A stretch of DNA of 64,000 bases, taken from assembly GCA_963924565.1 (NCBI GenBank), contig OZ004607.1:30132001-30196000 (forward strand). The letters run 5' to 3'. The stretch comes from Ascidiella aspersa (taxonomy: Eukaryota). The notes beneath the pieces are model-generated. The model had not been told where the DNA came from. It ran no database searches and saw nothing but the letters and a program-made list of their open reading frames with translations. Below are positions 57,449 through 64,000 of the stretch, piece by piece (position 1 is the first letter of the stretch; each line of letters begins with the position of its first letter). Both the position numbers and the translations under genes were made by a program.

Positions 57449-57471
57449 ATTGTCATGGTAACCATAGAAAC
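57449..57471. promoter_or_regulatory. Overlapping RFX X-boxes upstream of BBOF1, with nearby forkhead sites
   Basis: ATTGTCATGGTAAC (57449-57462) overlaps GTAACCATAGAAAC (57458-57471). GTAAACAAACA lies at ~57233, GTAAATA and ATAAACA at ~57346-57360. The site is 1.5 kb upstream of the ATG of a motile-cilia gene. Confidence 0.65.
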
Positions 57472-58251
57472 ACTAGAATTTTGATGTTTATGGAGTAAAA
57501 GTTAACAACGTCTTTATCGTTTAATTATAGGTCGATGGAAATTAAACCTACACGGTAAATTAAGTGCAGCATTATGAACTAAGACTGCCAAATGTCCACT
57601 TTTGAGAGGATTTCATTTGTCCTCCGAGGACACACTATAAAAGCCCATGGTGTAACTATACCAAGTGAATTTGCCTCGTTTTTGGGTATATTTGAGTGAG
57701 TGAAACCGAACCCGCAACAGTTTTATGCCATTTATTTCCCGATTCGAGTATTTTTTTGCTTTTGTTTTTCTAAATATGCTCCGTTGCCCTTGCAAAATAT
57801 GTATCTCGCCGTAAACTAAGGTCGGTATCGCCGTACCCTAACTCAAACTTTCTTCCGGCTACAATTCTATGATGCAATCTTATTTGTTTTGTGGCCAATG
57901 CAGATCACAATCCTTGTTACGCTGCGACGATTATATTTTCACCATAAACACACAATATATATTGGCATGTGTCAATTACACTGCGCTATTAGTAAAAAAG
58001 CTTTGCCTGAAAAAGCAAAAACAGAAGTCCGTTGATCGTCTCCAATTACGCAATAGAAACTCAGGTAAACGAAGAAGGGTTTTTAGGCTTAACATGATTT
58101 GCGCAAAGCAGAAAGAGCATCTGTAAACGCGTGGAACTACGATTCGTTAATAAGACACGTTAAAATATGGAAACAACCAAAACGGGTCGTTTTTCTCGTT
58201 GGTAAAATTGCTTGCTTAAAATAAGCAAAGACTTAGCGAGACGTGTCGGTT

Positions 58252-61200
58252 CTATCGCATCACTGGCATGGAAACGGCGGCCCTGGAATGCTTTACGTCC
58301 TCTTCGCGCCAAAGCTGGGTGACGGTCTTGGTTTGCGTGTAAAACTGGATTCCCTGCGCGACAACAGACCAGTTAGCAAATGGCCAAGAACTTTGATTAA
58401 CAAATATACGAGAGTGGGCTTGAAAGCCTCTTTGTGGCCTAGTCTGGTCAACTCGCAAAAGTATGGAAAGCTTGTTTATCGTTAAGAAACCTAGCCATGA
58501 AATATTCTTCATCAATTAGAATAAACCATTATACTGGAGGTTTTTACAAAAATATGTGGCCCCATACGCGATTATAGCTTACATTTTTATATTTTTTATG
58601 TGGAGGCATAAAGTTAAAAATACTTAAGTAATTATAACCCAGGGATATCGAACAGACCTTTACTTCACTAAGTTAATCTTTGCCTGTTGAATAATTACCA
58701 AAAAGGCACTTTACATAACTCGTGCTTTGTTGAACAAAAAAACACAGGTTAACAAACGCAATCAAACCCTCTCGACATTTTTAACAACTTCTAACGAAAA
58801 TGGGTTTTAATGAAGACGAAGAAACGATTTTACCAAGAAAATTGGTTTTAGTATGACGCAGATACAGAACCATATTGTACATGTAGTTAGACACAGCCTA
58901 GTAGTGTGAATAACCAAGGACAATGCGAAAAACACCTTTTTAAGCGCTCACCTGCTTTCCATAGAAGTGCATGTCGCCGCGGAAGGAACCTCTAGTTCCG
59001 GTGAAAGAGAACATTGGGAGAGGAACGGGGATGGGAACGTTGACGCCGATGTTGCCCACGTCTGTTGCAACAAACAAAAGAGATTTAGCAAAACAGTTGC
59101 GATTTAAAAGGCACGAGCAATAGATTTAAGTGAGGCGCTCGCCACTGACAAATTTGAATACAATTAAAAAATATCTTAGAATTTTGAAAACCATTGTCAC
59201 AGCCTAACAGAGCGCCACAAAGTTTGGCTCGCGCTTCCCAATTGGATATTTAATAGAGATCACGGGTTTCGCATTTTTTTATGATGATGTTATTTTTATG
59301 TTAAACGCCAAAAACTATTGTTTTCAAAATTAAACTGCCCAACCGATCATATATCTTCGACAATATGATAGGGTTCAATTGAAAGGCACGAGCAATATAT
59401 TTAAGTAGAGTGCTCGCTACTGACAAATTTAAATACAATTGAAAAATATCTTCTTAGAATTTTTTTTTTATGGTACTATTTCAAGTTGAAAAACAGTGTC
59501 ACAGCCTAAAAGAGAAACACAAAGTTTGGCTCGCGCTTCCGAATTGGATATTTAACAGAGATCACGGGTTTCGCGATTTTTATGATGGCTTTATTTTGAT
59601 GTAAAACGTAAAAATAAAACTGCACAAACGATCATATATCTTTGACACCCTGATAGGGTTTACTTCATTTGAAGCAGTGTCCCTGAAACTTTAAACTATG
59701 AAAGTCGCCAACAGACTGAGGGAAAGTGAAGTCCGCCTTGTAGCAACTTTTACCGATTTCGTTGACAAACTTCCGCGCGGTGGCGCCACTCTGCGTGAAG
59801 ATGGCGGTTCCGTTGCCATAGGGATTGGCGTTGGCGATTTCGATTGCCTCGTCCAGTGATTCGGCCTCGAGGACAACCAGCACTGGCCCGAAGATCTCCT
59901 CAGTGTAGCATTTCATGTTTGGCTGTGGAATAAAAAGATTATTTTTATGCTGGTACTTTTTAAGCACGTTTTAAATTCAAGGTCGATAGAAAATAAGTAA
60001 AAATCATTACATTTTACTTTAATAATTATAATATTCAAGAAAATCCTTTATTTCTGATGTTTGAACTTTGAGAGATGCTGTACAGTGGCATAGAACAAAA
60101 TATTACCTATAATCCGTCCGAAGCAAAAGTGGTATTTAACAAGTTTAAAATTAAAATAACGCAGAAAGAATTACGTTTAAAAACACCGTAAAGGGATTTC
60201 TGCTAATTTTTTAGCTTGAATTGAAGTTCCTTTGTAACAAAGTATTTCATGTTGAAGGTGAAGAGTTATAAGTTAAGGCCCAAAAGCAAAGCATTAGAGC
60301 AGAAAAACCTAAGAACCAACGAGAAAAAAAGAAAAAAAAGCAGAGCAGAAAACTTATGAACAAACGAAAAAAAAGATAAAAAAGAGCAGAAAAATCTAAG
60401 AACCAGCGAAAAAAACAGAGCAGAAAAACAAACCTAAAAACCAACAAAAAAAACACAGCTGAAAAAACTAAAAACAAACGCAAATAAAAAAAATAAGACA
60501 GGACATAAACTCTTGAGAACCAACGAAAACCAACTGACCTTGACGCCGGTGATGATGGTCGGGCCGACGAAGTTGCCGCTCTCGTAACCTTTGACCTTGA
60601 CGTTCCTGCCGTCCAGCAGCAAGGTGGCGCCCTCGTCCACGCCGCTCTGGATCAAGCTGCAGATGCGTTCCTTGGCCTCAGGGGAAATCACCGGACCCAA
60701 GTCGGCGCCCGGAGTCGTGCCTGGAAGATTTGGGGAGATAGAGTTCAATTTTTAGTTGGTGCTACCATTTCTTGTTGCTTTTTGCATGGACGATTTTGTG
60801 TGTTTAAAGGCTGCGTCGTCGAGCTCGGCACTCAAGTAAGACTACGTAAAACTGCCCGAGCCCAGAGTCCGACCTGCGCATGCACATTACCAATTTTCGA
60901 AACTAATTAGGTAGCAAACTGTAATTTTAAAGTGTAATAGCAAATTGTGGAATATTTTTCCAACACGTATTGTGGGTGGATCAATTATATTTATATGACA
61001 CCCCGTGGATTTACTGAATATCCAGCAAAATTGAGTAAGTGTAAATGGGTGAAATGCTGGCTGTAGAGTCCGGACTAGAGTTAATGACTCTGGATATTTT
61101 AAACCGACTCCGTAGCCCTGGTTTGAAGCTTTAAAGTTTGTAGTCAAGGTCGTTTTTTATAGATTTATAAAGCGTCTGTAACGGCTTTAAGCATCGAAAA

Positions 61201-63943
61201 CCCACGGAACTTTGTTATGCCATATATGACTGTATTTCTGCTAAAATGTTGTTTTTTTTGCATTTTGACCGTTTTACGACGGAAAACTTGCAATTTCACT
61301 TTGGTATATTTTATAAAAAAACACAGTCTTGCAGGTAATGTAGACGCTGTGTAACATACACTGACTAATGAAATATGTCATTAGCCTTTCTCATTTCCTT
61401 AAAATAATGCTAAAGCAAACCTATCAAGACAACTGCACAAAATTATTTACCAGCGATTTGTCTCGAACGTCGAAGTTATACGTTTAGAGTTGTCTTATTT
61501 TCCTTAACTTTTAAGGATTTATCTTACGCCCTAACGATTGTTATTAGTGTAGCGAACGTACCTTCGTTGACGACGAGGTCCTCCGCCCTTTTCTTTATGT
61601 CCTTCAGCCACTCCTTTGATTCGCCGACGAACACTACAGTGGATAGAGCCATGCACCGCTGCCCTGCAGCTCCGAATGCAGCGCCGACCAACGAGTTCAG
61701 GGTGTTCTCCTGCGTAATTGTGCAAAGGGCGTTTATTTTGTCTTGCTTTGAAGCCAAAAATGCGCTTATATCATTTAAAGTGGAAATTCGAATATTTTAT
61801 TGCAACTAATTTTATTAGGTTCTATAACTATGCGTCATACGGACATTTTAATAGGGCGTTTTTAATCATGGCTTGTTAAGCGGAAACTTAAAAAAAAAGA
61901 AGAAAAAATATGAAAAAAAAATCTTAGTTCTACTGCTCTATTACAACGGGCGTTAATTATACTTGCTTGTTTTGCAGCCAAAAATTCACTTCTAACGAGA
62001 GGGGAAAAATGTTTAATAAGTTATTGAAATCGGGATTGTTATGTTCTAACTATGCATCACACGCACATTTCAATATGGATTTTTAATATTTTCTTGTAGA
62101 GCGGCAACTAAAAACAGCTCTAAAAAAATTGTTTTACAGAATTTTTTTTAATAACCATAATCTATATTTTGTTTATACCAAACCCAAAAACACAAAAATA
62201 GAAAGACATGGGAATATTTCAATTGGCAAAAACGTTGAATAAAGAATAATTTAGTTTTATCACTCGGAAAAAGTACTCTCTCGACTAAATCTATGGTATG
62301 GTTGAAAAATGAAGCCATGAAAGCTAAACCTCTGTCTCCAGGTGGCTACATATTACACAACATACATTAACCAAAAAAAAATATTACCTTTGCTGCGTCG
62401 GGCATGATGACGCCGTGGTTCTTGGCGCCCATGTTCGACTGGCAGCGCTTGCCGTTCTTTGTGGAGCGGTCGTAGATGTACTCGCCAGCCTGGTTTGACC
62501 CCACGAAGGACACGGCCTTGATGTGCGGGTTGTCGCATACGAAGTTGACGGCTGTAAGGAAGCAAGCGGGAAAGGTTGGAACAGAGGATTTCTACAGGAG
62601 TTTGGATCGGACTTCATGCGGGCCACCAGGCCGTATTACCGGTACCGATCCGATAATGCATTTTAATTAGGAATCCGTAATCAATTCAATGCATCGTTTC
62701 TTTGCGTGAAAACATAACCGAAGGCAACTAAGTTTTATAGGGCTAAAGGAGATATCTTATTCTTTTTAATGAAGAGTAAAAACGTTTTGATATCACTACG
62801 GTACCTATAATATTTTTTTTATATAAATTTACAGAAATCATAATTTTTTTAGTTGCCCACTCTCGTTTGCCAAGGGATAACCCAAACCCCAACATAATTC
62901 ACCGGTTTTGTCACTTTAATGTTAAAACAAACTTGGAAAAAAACGACCAATTCGATAAGATAAGGTGTCGGTTAAGCATTCGGGTGTAAATGTATAAGTC
63001 AAATCTAATAAAACTCCGCCCGATTCCAAAATTACATCAGGTTCGGTTGAGGTATTTCGGCTTGCTGCTCTTATTGACCAAGGTATATTTGCTGACGGCT
63101 GTTTACGACTGTATCCGCGCCTTCCGCACACGTTTTTGCAGACCGGTGAGGGAGGCGTGCCGGCCAAACGTGCAGTCGCTGCGGCATTTGTGTTACGCAA
63201 TTCAAGGTTTATTATATTGCAAGACTGAATACGAACACCACAATTGATAATTGCGCTTAATAATCCAGTGGTGATACACAACAGAGCAGACGAATACTAA
63301 AGATTTTATCGGGCTTGTGTGGGCAAATCATTATTACAGTTGGGTAATTTCATTGCCTTTTAAAGACCTAAGATGGGGTGTCACTTGACAGTCATGTTTT
63401 TTTGAGTAAATTTTAAAACAAACCAGTAAAATGATATGTCCAAGACACCAAAACAAATAGTTTTAAAAATTTGTTTACTACAGCACTTAAAGAAACCTTT
63501 TGGCTGTACATAAAACAAATTTCAAAAACGATTCAAAGACCTAAAAAAACAGGGATTTTCAAATAATGTTTAATGGGCAAATCAATTTAAAGACTTAAAA
63601 CTTCAACGACGTTGAACGTTGTAACCCTGAAGAAATATTTTGGATCTATTCACCTATCAGAAAAGCACTATATATAAGTAGATTACATTATGTTTAAACC
63701 AGGAAGAGAGAGATCATTTAACAATATTTTGAAACTCTATATGTATATATCAGATTAAATATGTTTCTGTACATACAGATAAACCACATTCATACCATCA
63801 TGGGCTCCGTGAATAATATTCAAACTTCCGTCTGGGATTCCAGCATCTTGTGCAAGCTGAACAAGGAGCATAGTTGCACCTGGGTCACGTTCCGAAGGCT
63901 TCATGACGTAAGTGTTTCCGCAAACCATGGCCATGGGAAACAT
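58252..63943 (-). CDS. ALDH6A1: Methylmalonate-semialdehyde dehydrogenase (acylating), last 7 exons; 5' exons lie beyond the window
   Basis: Exons 63943-63796, 62551-62388, 61709-61562, 60720-60539, 59922-59754, 59061-58952, 58353-58252. Motifs [50 protein letters not shown] (catalytic Cys), [52 protein letters not shown]. Confidence 0.96.
59107..59660. repeat. Tandem duplication, 2 x ~275 bp, in an ALDH6A1 intron
   Basis: Units start aaaggcacgagcaata at ~59107 and ~59382 and share aaagtttggctcgcgcttcc, agagatcacgggtttcgc and cgatcatatatctt. Confidence 0.9.
60295..60500. repeat. A-rich minisatellite
   Basis: agagcagaaaa.c/t.taagaac units repeated about 4-5 times. Confidence 0.7.
60810..61120. 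mobile_element. hAT-type MITE (related to copies at ~17436-17736 and ~36390-36540)
   Basis: Ends gctgcgtcgtcg / cgactccgtagccctg; imperfect TSD gtttaaag/gtttgaag; shares a tgcgcatgc-gtagttttacg-agtcttac core with the CYP intron-6 copies. Confidence 0.65.
61727..62115. repeat. Older tandem duplication (~220 bp period) in an ALDH6A1 intron
   Basis: gggcgtt..att...cttgctt..g.agccaaaaat and taactatgc.tca.acg.acattt..aata recur at ~61727 and ~61947. Confidence 0.6.
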
Positions 63944-64000
63944 CTAAAAGTAATTTTTTTGCGGATTTGTATTATAGCTCATTTCAAAAGTAAAAAAGGG

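Noticed and set aside
55964-58252. ALDH6A1-BBOF1(-TARP) as a tunicate operon
   Set aside because: The intergenic gaps are ~2 kb and an X-box promoter candidate lies between the genes, whereas ascidian operon genes usually abut. Not excluded without SL data.
60247-60483. Hydrophobic F/L-rich ORF
   Set aside because: It is the translation of an intronic A-rich minisatellite.
62922-63281. 119-aa intronic ORF in ALDH6A1
   Set aside because: No recognisable motif and not needed for the ALDH6A1 frame; probably a TE fragment.

Overview
This is eukaryotic, AT-rich, intron-containing DNA from an invertebrate chordate, most likely an ascidian; the organism is inferred from the compact GT-AG introns and the gene content. 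The left 40 kb holds a clan-2 (CYP2-like) cytochrome P450 cluster. It has three intact 9-exon genes: CYP-A (minus), CYP-B (plus, head-to-head with A) and CYP-C (plus). It also has three collapsed CYP relics and a decayed hAT transposon with nested MITEs. The layout fits tandem duplication of a divergent gene pair, followed by deletion and gene conversion. The right 24 kb holds three minus-strand genes: a 726-aa TARP/CACNG-like tetraspan protein, BBOF1 (with an upstream RFX X-box) and the 3' part of ALDH6A1. The most unusual signal is a ~165-175 bp non-coding insertion present twice (5750-5917 and 49365-49540). Each copy has a 14-16 bp TSD, a near-perfect 57-67 bp inverted repeat with covarying arms, and a loop that is flipped between the copies. 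The loop carries a minimal hammerhead-ribozyme-like core of the Penelope type. All gene models and counts were made by hand; no database searches were run.
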